Origin: a virus
Lineage: Duplodnaviria > Heunggongvirae > Uroviricota > Caudoviricetes
Reading direction: 5' to 3' (one strand)
IMG/VR virus record: IMGVR_UViG_3300011008_000003
Length of the DNA: 64,000 nucleotides
In this document: in pieces, positions 49,392 through 61,397 of the stretch
Position numbering within the stretch: position 1 is the first letter of the stretch
Layout of the letters: each line of letters opens with the position of its first letter
Program-made: the position numbers and the translations under genes
Notes under the pieces: model-generated
The model's input: the letters and a program-made list of their open reading frames with translations, nothing else
What the model was told of the DNA's origin: nothing
Databases searched by the model: none

Positions 49392-50087
49392 TTAACTTTT
49401 TTGCAACTTATGCACTGCATCCATTAACTTACGATAATTTTCGTCATGGCCTTTCAGTTCTTCGATTCTGTCTTTCCATGACTGAACTTTCTGTTTGGAT
49501 TCGTTATCCATCTTAAGTCCAAAAATATCCATAAGTGCATTCGCAGTATCGACAGCCTTTATACGGCCTTCGATTTCTTTGATTTCTGCCTGCTTCTTAT
49601 CTTCTGTATCTTGCATGCCTTTAAGCTTATTCTCAAGAAATAGAAGTTCTTTCTTTGCTATATCAGTAACGAATTCGATACCGTAAGAATCTTTCGATTT
49701 CTTATCGTCGCCAACTATAAGAGATTTAGAAAGACCTGGCTTTTTATGCGGGCCTAGACATTCAAAAGATATTTCTGTACCTTGACCGACATACATATTG
49801 AGCCTATAAAAATTATTATCGTCATGCATGAAAATATAATGATGATATTCGTTTTCATCATCAGTTTCCCAATTTATAAAACTAAAATTCGGGTCATCAT
49901 TATATGTTTTCGACATAAGACTATCATGGAGAGACCACCGGAACAAATCTGGATGTTCCCATTGTTCTACCACTTGTTTTTTGACAGCCAATTCTGTAAG
50001 TTTAGGCAGAGCTTCAAAAATTGTCTTAAGGTCATTAACTTCTTCATGAAGTCGTTTTAACAGAAAGTTCATCGAAGTGTCTCCCAC
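49392..50087 (-). CDS. Hypothetical protein
   Basis: ORF in run. Confidence 0.6.
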   Translation of the reverse strand: MGDTSMNFLLKRLHEEVNDLKTIFEALPKLTELAVKKQVVEQWEHPDLFRWSLHDSLMSKTYNDDPNFSFINWETDDENEYHHYIFMHDDNNFYRLNMYVGQGTEISFECLGPHKKPGLSKSLIVGDDKKSKDSYGIEFVTDIAKKELLFLENKLKGMQDTEDKKQAEIKEIEGRIKAVDTANALMDIFGLKMDNESKQKVQSWKDRIEELKGHDENYRKLMDAVHKLQKS

Positions 50088-50917
50088 ATATCTATTAACG
50101 CATTAAATTTTTCTGTATCAATATGCCACATATTATAGCCAGAGCAGTTGAGACGGTGTTGGAATGTCGTTACTTCATAGTAATTATAGTTGGTATCTCC
50201 AATTATATATTTACGGTTATCCTTATTGACTGAAACACGATATGCGTGAATATAGAAATCGTTTTCGATTTTAGTACATATAAAGTTGGAATTTTTACTT
50301 TCCATTTCTTCTTCGAGTTTCTTATAATCGATACGCCAGATATATTCCTTTAAAGTCAGACTATCAAGCACAGTCTTATTGAACGCCTTCGCACGAGCAA
50401 TAAAATTCCAGCCGATCTTAGGGTCATCCGTAAGTTCACGGTCGACATACTTTACAGTCCTTTCTACTATATCATAAAATTCATTCGCAGAAATTTCGTC
50501 GAAAGTACGATTCTTGCAGAAATAGCCTGGACAAATATTATGCTGGCTACTCAAATTATTTGAAGACAATTCCTTAAAGACAGGAACACAATAAGTTTCT
50601 ATCAATTTTTCAACCGGAGCATCAATCCTTGGAACAATACGACGGAATACATTATTCGGTCTTCTCATATGGGTTCTGTCAAGACCGAGTTTCAACATAA
50701 AATAGATTTTTTCTTCATCCTTCTTGAATTCGGCAATACGGATATTTTTGTATACCAAAAAACCGTTCGTCATGTAGGCGGACGTATCGTATTCTATGTT
50801 AAAATGCTTAGCAATGCTTTCAATATCATGTAGTTTCATTTTTCGGTACCTCTCCAGTTGGACCCGTTGACGTATATGTGATTCCGCCATTGAGCTGGCT
50901 AGGCATTCCGCAACCAT
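50069..50917 (-). CDS. Hypothetical protein (true start probably ~50839)
   Basis: GAGG RBS before MKLHD. Confidence 0.6.
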   Translation of the reverse strand: MVAECLASSMAESHIRQRVQLERYRKMKLHDIESIAKHFNIEYDTSAYMTNGFLVYKNIRIAEFKKDEEKIYFMLKLGLDRTHMRRPNNVFRRIVPRIDAPVEKLIETYCVPVFKELSSNNLSSQHNICPGYFCKNRTFDEISANEFYDIVERTVKYVDRELTDDPKIGWNFIARAKAFNKTVLDSLTLKEYIWRIDYKKLEEEMESKNSNFICTKIENDFYIHAYRVSVNKDNRKYIIGDTNYNYYEVTTFQHRLNCSGYNMWHIDTEKFNALIDMWETLR

Positions 50918-51138
50918 ACATCATGATTGTAGTTTCATTCGGATCATACGGTCCAAACGGCTTTCGCGGGATATACTTGTCATTATCCTTTTGCGGAGTA
51001 AACGGTTGAACTTTCGGAAGTTCATTGAAGTCTTCCGGCTTGATGTCCTTATCCAAAAGACCGCGAACGAATAATTCTTCAAATTCGTCTACGGTACATT
51101 CGATTTCTATACCTTTAATCGTTAGTTTCATATTCTAC

Positions 51139-51921
51139 CTACCAAGATTCGTTATAATACAATACTTCATCGTCAGCCATGGAATCGTATACTTCCTTGA
51201 AGTTTTTGTAATAGCGGTCCAGACTTTCGAAGTAATAATAGTTATATTCCGTGTTACCGAAGAAGAAACGACTCACGGTCGGCAAAAGATTTTTAGCTTC
51301 TTCTACCAGAGAGTCTGCCGGTTTCCACTTAGAAATCCATTCGCGTGCTTCTTCTGTACGCCAGCCCTTACTGTCAGCACCCGGTTTACCAGTAGCGTTA
51401 TCATAACTGGTCCAGCCGGACAAAATCTTCGACATCCTGTCAAGAAGTTCTTGAATATCCGACTTATCTAGTATTGCGTTGCCTAGTTCAAGAATATCGC
51501 CAAATTCGTCATCATGCGTAAGAAATTCTGGATGTCGGCGTTGAACGAATACAACCATCCAGTTTTGTTTTCGCATGTCGAGCGATTCAATACGGTCTTC
51601 ATACTTGAGACATAACGTAGAATCAAGATAATCGCGTTTTTTCTTTAAATCGTTATATTCATCGGCTTCTTCCTTAGTACAGAAATCAGTCAATTCGTAT
51701 TTCGGTTCGGCGTTATAGTTGAATTCATAATCCGAATCTTTATCTTGCTTATCACATTCTTCGTTATACCACTTGTCCCATTTTTCGGATGCGGCTTTTA
51801 ACGGAGCTTCATACTTCTTGTAATATTCGTCGTCAAGATCTGATAACTTTTTCTCCAAGTTAATATATCGACTAAGAACTTGTTTATGTTTTACTTTCCA
51901 GAACCAAATATCTAGTCCCAT
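51139..51921 (-). CDS. Hypothetical phage protein (MGLD...FFFG family)
   Basis: MGLDIW...RK.NW...LLPT.S.FFFGNTEY...Y.ESW. Confidence 0.7.
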   Translation of the reverse strand: MGLDIWFWKVKHKQVLSRYINLEKKLSDLDDEYYKKYEAPLKAASEKWDKWYNEECDKQDKDSDYEFNYNAEPKYELTDFCTKEEADEYNDLKKKRDYLDSTLCLKYEDRIESLDMRKQNWMVVFVQRRHPEFLTHDDEFGDILELGNAILDKSDIQELLDRMSKILSGWTSYDNATGKPGADSKGWRTEEAREWISKWKPADSLVEEAKNLLPTVSRFFFGNTEYNYYYFESLDRYYKNFKEVYDSMADDEVLYYNESW

Positions 51922-52340
51922 TAGAGCCATCCTTCGCCGCGTTTCCAGATGAAGCGGCCTTCTTCTTGTTGTTTTAATCCACACTTTTCATAAAATACTT
52001 TAGATTCCGGCAGGCTAGACAATTCAACATAATCGTTTTTCTCACGAAAATAGTTAATCATCTTTCTGCCGTCGCCCTTATAACGGAAGTCTTCTCTAAT
52101 TTCGACTGAATAGATGTGGATATGTTTCGGTTCAGTCTCTTTATAGATTACGATGCCAATAGGGCCTTCGACTTCCTGGCTGACAAGCTTTGCAACCATT
52201 ATTTCATTCGACAAGAAATAAAAATGATTCTTGCAACACATCGAATAAGTCAACGGAAAAAGCTGCCTATGTTCTAAATCCATATTTTCAAGCCAGCACT
52301 TGAAATAGAGATTGTAATGCGATAATTCCAAATTTCTCAT
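51921..52340 (-). CDS. GNAT-family acetyltransferase
   Basis: VEIREDFRYKGDGRKMI, FYEKCG. Confidence 0.75.
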   Translation of the reverse strand: MRNLELSHYNLYFKCWLENMDLEHRQLFPLTYSMCCKNHFYFLSNEIMVAKLVSQEVEGPIGIVIYKETEPKHIHIYSVEIREDFRYKGDGRKMINYFREKNDYVELSSLPESKVFYEKCGLKQQEEGRFIWKRGEGWL

Positions 52341-52870
52341 TACGGACCTTCTATCTTATAATTCTTATGACCATCGACATACGGCTGACCTTCCCAAATA
52401 TATACGTCTTTACAAACTTTATAACTTTCAGAATGTTCACACTGAGGAACAGCCTTAAAATTTTGCTGAATAACGAGTACCAATATTACACCGGCCATAA
52501 CTCCAATTAGTGCCGAAAGTATAACAGCGAACCACATATCACTGGTATCGTACTTATACCATTGCTTATATGCTTCTGACGGTTTCTTACCGCAATCGGA
52601 ATCGTATACCATATCTGAAATGCCGCCTTCTTCCATATTAGTAAACGATATGGAATTGTTCAAGTGCCTTTTCTACGTCGAGCCTGAAAGCAACAGAACA
52701 GCCTTTCGGCAACGAACGAATAATCTGGTCTTTCCAGACATCGATATTCGGTGCCGGTTCGTTAAATTCCAAATCATCCTGACTCATGTGCCTTACGTCA
52801 TAAAGCAGTTCTTCAGCCATAGACGAAATTTCATACAGCTTATCTTCGAGATGTTCCTTATCGATAGCCA

Positions 52871-53563
52871 TTATTCACCCTTTAAATCTGCAATAAATTG
52901 TTTCTTAAATTCTTCCGGATCTACTTCTTCGGTATGGTCAACCTCGAGCCAGTTATTATCAGGAGTTTCTTTGAAAAGCGTCTTTACGTTTTTTCCTTTG
53001 CCAAAACGAATAAACCCGAAAGGACTTTCTTGAATTTCTTTCATTTCATCAAGTTCTTTTTCGATTTCGACAGAAGACCAGTTTGTTCTTCCGTGAAGTA
53101 AATGGTCTAATGCACAATTACGGCAAAGATGAGTAATCCATCCGCCCGTAGTCCAAATGACACGCTTACCATCTGCAGTTCTCGGTTCTGCGCCGCAATA
53201 CTGGCAAGTATACTTGGAAAGCCATTCCGCAATGGATTCAAGATTATTGTTACCGTAAAATGAACGGTAAATTCTTAATTCGCCGTATTTTTCCTTCGTG
53301 TCGGTAATAAAAAACTGTTTCTTCGTTTCTTCATCCCAAGAATCATATTCCTTGAATAATCTAGGAAGATAACGATTCTTCCAAAGATCTTCCCAACCAG
53401 TACCGTCCCAAATCTTGTACTTATTATGTTCTATATTTTCTGCATCTGTCTTAAAAGTATCGTCTGGCTCTTGTTTCCAGAAATTACGCATTTTCAGAAA
53501 CGGGTACTTCTTAAGAAGTTCAAGCATATCTGAATCGCTGATTGGAAATTTTGCTTCGTTCAT
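52871..53563 (-). CDS. Hypothetical protein with CxxC pairs
   Basis: KEKYGELRIY, CQYCG, GWITHLCRNC. Confidence 0.7.
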   Translation of the reverse strand: MNEAKFPISDSDMLELLKKYPFLKMRNFWKQEPDDTFKTDAENIEHNKYKIWDGTGWEDLWKNRYLPRLFKEYDSWDEETKKQFFITDTKEKYGELRIYRSFYGNNNLESIAEWLSKYTCQYCGAEPRTADGKRVIWTTGGWITHLCRNCALDHLLHGRTNWSSVEIEKELDEMKEIQESPFGFIRFGKGKNVKTLFKETPDNNWLEVDHTEEVDPEEFKKQFIADLKGE

Positions 53564-54050
53564 AGAATAATCCTCTTAATACAAATATAGTAAAGCGATT
53601 GACTTCTGTCAACCGCTTAATTTAAATATTGGTGAAATTTACGAACGATTCAGTAGATTCATTATCCAGTAAACTATCATGAATCCCAGGGTAATGAAGA
53701 ATCCAAGTATCGCTACCGGAAACATGAGAATATCTAATGCGAGTTCTTTTAATTTCATAACATACCTCTTACTTTTCTAGTCCGTAAGTATATATGTATT
53801 CTCCCTTGAGATTTTTCGCAACATCGAGAAATTTAAGCCCTGCAATTTTGACAGGCTTGTGACCTGTGTCCTTGCACGCGATTTTTGCATAATACTGCCA
53901 GTCGACACCGCTTTCATAGGTATTCTCTTTCCAAGTATCGAGTACGCAATCGTACTTCTTGAGAGAAACGATGAAATCGATTTTAGTATTAGCTGCAAAT
54001 GCGGATATTGCCAGAAGAAGAATCAATAATAGCTTTTTCAATTTATCCCC

Positions 54051-54317
54051 CTATTTTACTTCTTGACATTCTATGATTTCTAATTGATACGATAGGTTAT
54101 ACGAATTGCACGGCTCACCCACTCTCTTGCTTGTACATGCTTTTTCCAACCATTTAGCATAATACGGTTCATAATATGGGTCATACTGTACATCGTCGAA
54201 ACCTAACAGTTTATATTCACATACTTCTTTCGGTTCTGGCGAAGCAGTCGACGTTTCGTCTGAACAGCCAAGCAGACATGCCAAAATCAAGAAGCATATG
54301 CTTATCTTTGTTTTCAT
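54051..54317 (-). CDS. Putative lipoprotein
   Basis: Lipobox LLGC after hydrophobic signal. Confidence 0.6.
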   Translation of the reverse strand: MKTKISICFLILACLLGCSDETSTASPEPKEVCEYKLLGFDDVQYDPYYEPYYAKWLEKACTSKRVGEPCNSYNLSYQLEIIECQEVK

Positions 54318-55012
54318 TTTTCCTTTCCCTTCCTAAAACTCGTCTTTTTGTCGAAGCCGTAGGCCTCTAATCTGGTTATGTCATCCCCGACTGGAACAAC
54401 GGCTTCGTCTGGACGAGCATGACAGTCGAACCAGTGTTCCAATTCCCATAACGCAGTATACGGATCCATTACAGTCTGAAATTTTAACTCTTTCAAGTTA
54501 GGCCAGCTAACAATTTTGGTAGTTGGATTAACCCATGGATAGTAACGGTATTTCGAACGTGATCCATAATCCTTAATATAAAGAACAGGACCATACTTTT
54601 CGAAAAGGTCGAAATTCCAGAATTTTTCATTATCCGGATTTTTATAGTTAGCAGACTGTTTCCAACCGAACAAGCTCTTGTTACCGTTATTTTCGATAAT
54701 TTCATCCATTGTCTTGTATTCGATAGAAGACGGGTCCAATTCCTTATAATCGGATTCTTTGGTAGTTGCATACTTGAAGAAATACCATTTACCGCAAAAT
54801 CCAATCATGGCTACTGGATAATGACCATGACATCTGCCATGCTTATTCTCGTAAATATAATCCCATTCAGCGTCGAAATCGCCGAGCGGAACTATATCCT
54901 TAGTCGGAATATCATGAGTTTTAGTATCACGATGAATAACTATATCTGATTCCGCGAAAGAACCGATTGTACAGTCATAATAATCCTGAAACTTGGAGAA
55001 TATTCTTAACAT
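54314..55012 (-). CDS. Hypothetical phage protein
   Basis: MLRIFSKFQDYYD...GFDKKTSFR. Confidence 0.7.
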   Translation of the reverse strand: MLRIFSKFQDYYDCTIGSFAESDIVIHRDTKTHDIPTKDIVPLGDFDAEWDYIYENKHGRCHGHYPVAMIGFCGKWYFFKYATTKESDYKELDPSSIEYKTMDEIIENNGNKSLFGWKQSANYKNPDNEKFWNFDLFEKYGPVLYIKDYGSRSKYRYYPWVNPTTKIVSWPNLKELKFQTVMDPYTALWELEHWFDCHARPDEAVVPVGDDITRLEAYGFDKKTSFRKGKEK

Positions 55013-55431
55013 TCGCCTTTTTCCTTTAATTCAAGAAATGCGTCATAAGCAAGACCGTAGTCGCTAATGTCGAGAAGCCAGTCGTCTTCGAACTTAATAT
55101 CTTCTTCGCCGACTTTATCGAAATGTTCTTGCTTGCCGCTTTTCATTTCGGTTACGAAGCGTTGCTTGTCTTCATGAATTTCCTTTTTACGGTCGTAACG
55201 CTTTGTCTTGTGCGGGTTAGAAGTCGACCAAGAACGGATAAGGCGGCAAGCCTTATTCCATTCCTCGTCAGTAAATCCATACTTCTTATAGATTTCATCT
55301 CGATGCTGCATGTAAAGATCGTACGTAGAAATATCTCGCCCGAACTTATCCCACTGCTTATCGACTTCTCGAATAAAGCGGATAAGTTTCTTCTCGAAAC
55401 GGTCTTTGCTTGTATTCTTCATAATATTCCT

Positions 55432-56340
55432 TTAGACATCGATTATAAAATCGTTCATGTCTGCTATTTTGCTGGAACGTTCCATTTTAGAACCAGTATA
55501 ATCCACAATATCGCAATACATGCTCCGTTCTCCAGGATAACCAATCGGATTACACATAATATGTATATGGTTTCCCTTGGAATTTACGTATTCAGCCATA
55601 CGCTTGCCATGGACATGACCGCAAACCCAGTAGGTATCGTTATCCAGTTTCTCGAAGAACTTTTCACCCTTAAAATAGAAAACATAATTCCAAGAGTTAT
55701 TCCTGTATTCAAACGGAATACCGAGTTCATACGGAACGAAATGAGTAACGACAATTTTTGGTTTCTGCTTAACTATATCGTTCAGCTTCTGTTTATAATG
55801 GTCCCAAATCTTCATCGGTTCCTGGTTCATGTACCGCCAGAACTTGCCATCATACCAGTGCCGTTTCCAGTTCGTGAACGGATCCAATCCGAACTGCGGA
55901 GGTTCACACTTGAAATCGCACATACCCATGCATCCGCCGATTCCGTTGATAACTTCACCGTCAAGTAGGTAAATATTATCAAACGTCTTACAGATAGCCT
56001 TCATTTCATCGATTTTCTTTTCAGACGAAACAAAAGGTAAATTAGACTTCGACGGAGTTCCACCACGAACTGTCAAGTCATGATTACCGAGAACAAGATA
56101 AACTTCCTTATACTTCTTTGCAAGCCAAGGAATCATCCGACTAAACGTCAGAAAGTCATTAGAATAATCACCGGCAAGAACTAATCGATCAACAAACGGG
56201 ATTTGATAATAATCCCACATATAGTCCATAGTTTCCGGTGTAACAAGTTCATCCGGGTCATCGACATAAAGCCTTTTAGGACCAACAGCATACTTCCAGT
56301 GGAAATCCACGTGAATATCGGAAAGAAATAAAGTTTTCAT
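55432..56340 (-). CDS. Calcineurin-like metallophosphoesterase
   Basis: SDIH, AGD, GNHD, THF, GHVH, NPIGYP. Confidence 0.88.
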   Translation of the reverse strand: MKTLFLSDIHVDFHWKYAVGPKRLYVDDPDELVTPETMDYMWDYYQIPFVDRLVLAGDYSNDFLTFSRMIPWLAKKYKEVYLVLGNHDLTVRGGTPSKSNLPFVSSEKKIDEMKAICKTFDNIYLLDGEVINGIGGCMGMCDFKCEPPQFGLDPFTNWKRHWYDGKFWRYMNQEPMKIWDHYKQKLNDIVKQKPKIVVTHFVPYELGIPFEYRNNSWNYVFYFKGEKFFEKLDNDTYWVCGHVHGKRMAEYVNSKGNHIHIMCNPIGYPGERSMYCDIVDYTGSKMERSSKIADMNDFIIDV

Positions 56341-57752
56341 AAAAATATCCAAGTTCCTGCGTCTATAATTTCTGTAATTTCTTCTAGTGATTTACCTTCG
56401 TGATAAAGTCTTATAATATCTCGGTTATATTCCATTTCGTCGACAACGAAGCTCTTTACATCGTCATAACTCCAATTTTCAAATTGTTCGGTTTTCTGGA
56501 GTTCTCGTAAAACCTTATCAACGATGTCTTCTTCCATAAATTACCTGTTATTATCTATTTTAATATCGTTACACTTATTGCCGTTCTGGTAATAAAGCTC
56601 AGTAGGCAAATAAGCAAAATATTTAACCCTATCAAATCCAATGCCGGGATCTTCTTTAGGAATTTCATGGTCCTTATACCAACAATATACTTCAGAACAT
56701 TTAAGCAATGTTAAAATTTCCCAAGAATATGCACCCGTTTCATAATAGTCTTCAACTATAGTCATTACACGACGACCAAGAATATTCTTAATCTGATATT
56801 CTCCATTCGGGAAAAACTGAAAGCTATATGTTAACATCGGTCTCGTGTCCATGTTTATTCCTTTTGAATAATATTTATTACAGCGTTCATGAATTCATCC
56901 GGCGTATGCAGAATCGTTTCAAGGATTTCGCCAGTCGGTTCTTCCTTAATAACCCTAAAAATATCGCCGTCAGTCAAATCTTCTAGGTCGCACTGACAGA
57001 CATAGTTTTTAAAGTTCAACTGCTTTACTGGATTCAAATCTCCATCCAGTGTATGAATTACCTGGAAATCAATATCTTTTTCCAGTAATGCAGTCATAAT
57101 TCCATTCAATGCGACATAGTTACTAATCATATTAACGCTCGTATTCAGGGAGTTTAGGTTCAACCAGTTCGATTTTTTCTTTCGGCTTTGTATTGTCCAT
57201 GAGGCTATCCAGAACCTTCTTATTCGTAATTACATGATGGCTTTCACGTAATTTCCTATTCTCACGTTCGAGAGCCGCTGTATAAGCATAATACAAATCG
57301 AGAACTTCGCCGTAATACTTACAACGATACTCATCCATACCATGGCTGTTCAGCTCAGGATATTTTGCTTGAATATCCTTGATTTGTTGTAGAAATTCTA
57401 CATGACTAGGCGACATGGCTAGACTCCTTACATTCGCGGATTGCCTTAATAAAACCGCCCATATCATTCGAGACACACTTAGCAGTATTAGGCTGGAAAG
57501 ACTTTATCCAGTTATCTCCGTTGACATTTACATAGATTTCTACCCAAGGATGCTTTTTGTAATCGAGATAGTCAAGAATCATGACATACGGCATATCAGT
57601 ATTCGCATGATAGAAAAGCAGTCCGTCGAACTGGTCTTCGGCCGTACGAGGACAGCCAAACGTAACGCAGTCATACTTTTCGATATACTTACGGAATGAC
57701 TGAAGCCTCTTTGTTAAATATTCGATTTTTGCTAAAAGCATTGTTTCCTCCG

Positions 57753-58313
57753 TTAAAGATCTTCTGGGTGTTCAAAGATAACCCTAATCATGACATTATG
57801 TTCGACCGTAGTAAGTTCTCTTTCTTCATGAATACCTTTTTGATTCGTATCGTCAATAAGGTAGAACTCGTCGCTGTTCTGGTTATCGATATTATGCGGA
57901 AAACTTGCTTCGTCCATACACTGTTGAATAAAGCATGTCTGCTTTTCGAGACCAAAACGTTTCATTGCTCCTGGAATATGCAAATCTTCGAGTTCAACTT
58001 CGTCAGTCGTATTAACCCATTTATGTTTGTAGGCACACTGAATAGAATCATCCTTTGTCCAAACTGTTCCACGATTTTCTTCTGGAATTTCAAGAACATC
58101 GAATAACCACTTAACGATTTCAGGCCTGATTTCATCACGGGTCTTCCAACCCCATGTAAAAAGGTTAACCTTTACTCGAGTCGGAGAATAACTTTCACTG
58201 ATTATTTCCAGAACATGACGAGAAACCATATCGCACTGTACATGCAATAGATTACAGTTAAACAGGTCATCGATGAGAGTATTTTCGATGTCTATGTAAA
58301 TATGAGTGTCCAT
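57753..58313 (-). CDS. Hypothetical, HAD-like motifs
   Basis: IYIDIENTLID, YLIDD. Confidence 0.45.
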   Translation of the reverse strand: MDTHIYIDIENTLIDDLFNCNLLHVQCDMVSRHVLEIISESYSPTRVKVNLFTWGWKTRDEIRPEIVKWLFDVLEIPEENRGTVWTKDDSIQCAYKHKWVNTTDEVELEDLHIPGAMKRFGLEKQTCFIQQCMDEASFPHNIDNQNSDEFYLIDDTNQKGIHEERELTTVEHNVMIRVIFEHPEDL

Positions 58314-59762
58314 ATTTAAAATATAGCAATAAAATGTTATTTTGTAAACCCTACAATAGGGAATAGGTCAAACGACCTGTATATTCTGCATCTAAAAATT
58401 CCAGATGTATTACCTTTGACTTGTCACAAGGTACTTTTACCGGATGAATTACGCAGAAAGAGCCGATACCGTATACGATTTCAACTTCTGAATAATGTCC
58501 CTGGTATTCAAGCTGAAAATGATAATTTTCCCATTTATCGTCAGAATCTGAATAGACAAAATCTCTAAAATTCTTATTATAGAGATTCTGATAGAAAAAT
58601 TCCATACATGACCAGATTTCTTCTCTATCCTTGCCTTTATAGTTATATAGCATAGATTCTTCTTCGAATGTCTTCTGCTTACGGACTAGTTCTTTCAGCT
58701 TATTGATGACAATCTTATATTGCATGATGTAATGTAATACATCGGCAAATATTTTGCCTTCCAATTCTGGTTCAATCATTACCATTTGAATTTTCCCTCA
58801 TATAAATCGATAACTGTCTTTAATTTAGTAATGGCTTTGTCTTTCGGCATTCTTTCGGTCGCAATCTTCATCGAATTAAGACAACGCTTAATTTCCAAAT
58901 CGGTCATTTCAGAAACTTTATATTTCCTGAATACCCATGTCTGGCTCGTCTGAATATTTGTTCGATATTCATAAGCGTATTCGATACCTTCCATAGACAT
59001 AGCCCAGTTTTTAACCTGGTCTTTAGTCATGTGTGCTAGCCAATGGATTTCGTATGCGACACGAACGATGTCAGAGACTGTAGCCATATTACTTCGCCTT
59101 AAACATAGAAGTTAAATCAATTTCGAAGCGATAACCTCTCTGGTCATAGCATCTGTCATAGTCTTTAATTTCGCCAGTTTTAAAACCAGATTCGGTAAGA
59201 GCTTCCTTTGCTAATTCTGCGGTATGTCGAATATCCCAGACCCCTTCTTTAGCATTCCATCCGTCAGCATACAGATAGATTTTTATATCGCCATGTTCAC
59301 GCCTGATTACATTATGGCAATCTGCCCTGCCGACCTGTACAAATACGACGTCAAAATCCCTATTGCCGACGCATGTTTGAATCCATTCGGTCAATTCTTT
59401 ACTATTGACAATCAAGTTTGCCGAAACGAGTTCTTCTGCTTTGGCTTTAGCTTTACGACGGTCACCTTCTTCTTTATATTCTCGTTCTTTATTGGCCTTG
59501 TCGTCAACACGTTCCTGACCTAAGTTCTTGAATTTATCAAAACTTAAATCAGACCAGGCATGAGTCTTTTTATATTCATCAACATTTTGTTCCATGTTAG
59601 AAAGGAAAACCTTTCGCCACGGATTTAACTTTTTCTCGTTTTTCCGTTTTTCGATAATTTCCTTTACTAAAACAGCAGCTTTCTCTTCAAGTTCAGACGG
59701 TTCTTTTACAATGTCTTTTTCCGGTGTAAGCCAGTTGATAGTGAATTCATCTTTCGTCGTTT

Positions 59763-60704
59763 TCATTTACTAGTCCTCGTAACATAATATTCTTTAGCTT
59801 CTTTTTGTGCTTGGTTGTATTCGTCAGCCCAAGCGTCGATATATTCATTCCATTTCTTTTCAGGAGAATTTGCTTTCTTCTGTTCGGCAATGAATTTCTC
59901 GTTTAGTTTCTTGTAATATTTGTCCTGGTTCGCACAAGGGAACGGACAACTAGTACAACCGCCACAGTTAAAGAAACTATAGCACCATGCGTTATCATGG
60001 CAGTATGTCGGACATTCTTTCAGATAACGGATATAAGTAGCGAGCTTTTCTTCATGCGTGATATTCAGTTCTTTTTCGAGAACTTCCATCAACCTGTCGT
60101 TAAGATCTTCTTCCGTTCCGTTATTTTCGATAACCGACAATACGTCAGGAGGATCCATACTTTGAACCGGCATAAGGTCGGACTTGTAAATATTCAGATA
60201 TTTTTCGTCTTGCGTCTTATCGAGCATCATGAGCAAATCAGAATTTTTTCTAGCCTGTAACCTTTCCATTCTAATTTTTTCATCAGCCTTTACCATGATA
60301 ACGGTATCAATGGATAGGTAATTACGGCACCAGCCGAGTTCTGACGTCAATGCGGCTTCGAGAAAGATAACTTCCTTATTGTTATTGCTAGAATAAAAAT
60401 GACTTAACGAATCGAGCATTGGCCACATCACAGCTTGCATGATGTCATTACGCCAGCGCTTTGCATTTTCATCATCTCTAGTGAAAACTACGGATAATAA
60501 CTTATAAGTATCAATCATTCCTTCTTCATCAAGAACCCAAGGACCGAGATTATAAACGATGTCTCGGAATGAAGCCGGTTCCTGGTAATATTTCTTGAAT
60601 TCGGAATCCATATCGATTACTTTATAATGTTTCTTACGGAGAAGTTCAGAAACTTTGGACTTCCCGCTAGCCATTCTTCCAGTAATTAAAATAAATCTAC
60701 CCAT
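59763..60704 (-). CDS. coaE: Dephospho-CoA kinase-like protein with Cys-rich C-terminal extension
   Basis: ITGRMASGKS, VIDMD, RMERLQAR, VIENNGT; adjacent to coaD. Confidence 0.75.
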   Translation of the reverse strand: MGRFILITGRMASGKSKVSELLRKKHYKVIDMDSEFKKYYQEPASFRDIVYNLGPWVLDEEGMIDTYKLLSVVFTRDDENAKRWRNDIMQAVMWPMLDSLSHFYSSNNNKEVIFLEAALTSELGWCRNYLSIDTVIMVKADEKIRMERLQARKNSDLLMMLDKTQDEKYLNIYKSDLMPVQSMDPPDVLSVIENNGTEEDLNDRLMEVLEKELNITHEEKLATYIRYLKECPTYCHDNAWCYSFFNCGGCTSCPFPCANQDKYYKKLNEKFIAEQKKANSPEKKWNEYIDAWADEYNQAQKEAKEYYVTRTSK

Positions 60705-60839
60705 AGTTAAAACCCGTCGTTAAAACCGCCTTCGTCATATCTGCTCATGAAATGTTCCCAAAGGCGTTCGTTGTATTCTTCTTCAATAATCATTTCCTCT
60801 AGTTCAGCTTCACGCAAGAGCTCTTCTTCAGTCTTTTCT

Positions 60840-61397
60840 TCATCCATGGTATGCATCCAAGATTTCTTTAAGAGTGTTCTGGCGTAATTCAGTTCCCGTC
60901 GTCCAGCAAGAGTTAAAAAACAAATCACTGAACTGCTTAACGTCTGCGAATTTCAAGAACTGCTTTACTGCAGTAGAAGACAAATGCTTTGTATGCTTGT
61001 CTGCTGCGAAATATACGTAATTCAGTTCGAATCCCATTTTTTTCTTGAGCACATTATTATATTCACGCTGTGATTCTTCGAAATCCATGTCAGCCTGGTT
61101 ACGAATACCGCGAATGACCGTGGTAATGCCTTTGGATTCGCAATATTCGGTAAGTCCTTTGTCAGTGACATCGTAGGAAATTTTCTTTTCACATGTCGTA
61201 TCTTTGAAAAAGTTCTTAATCCAGGTCATACGTGTCTTAGCCGGAACAGAATAATTCTTATCCGGATTCGATGCGACAAGAACGATAACCTTATCGAAGA
61301 CATGAGTAGCCTGGTAAATCGTAGTCAAATGACCCGGATGAACCGGGTTGAATGAACCGGGGAATACTGCAACGTTTTTAGTTTTCTTCGATTTCAT
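60840..61397 (-). CDS. coaD: Phosphopantetheine adenylyltransferase
   Basis: AVFPGSFNPVHPGH, VASNPDK, IRGIRNQADMDFE, LSSTAVK. Confidence 0.88.
   Translation of the reverse strand: MKSKKTKNVAVFPGSFNPVHPGHLTTIYQATHVFDKVIVLVASNPDKNYSVPAKTRMTWIKNFFKDTTCEKKISYDVTDKGLTEYCESKGITTVIRGIRNQADMDFEESQREYNNVLKKKMGFELNYVYFAADKHTKHLSSTAVKQFLKFADVKQFSDLFFNSCWTTGTELRQNTLKEILDAYHG

Noticed and set aside
33074-54317. Host assignment (signal peptides and promoter style reminiscent of Fibrobacter-like bacteria)
   Set aside because: Impression only; needs homology searches or CRISPR spacer matches.
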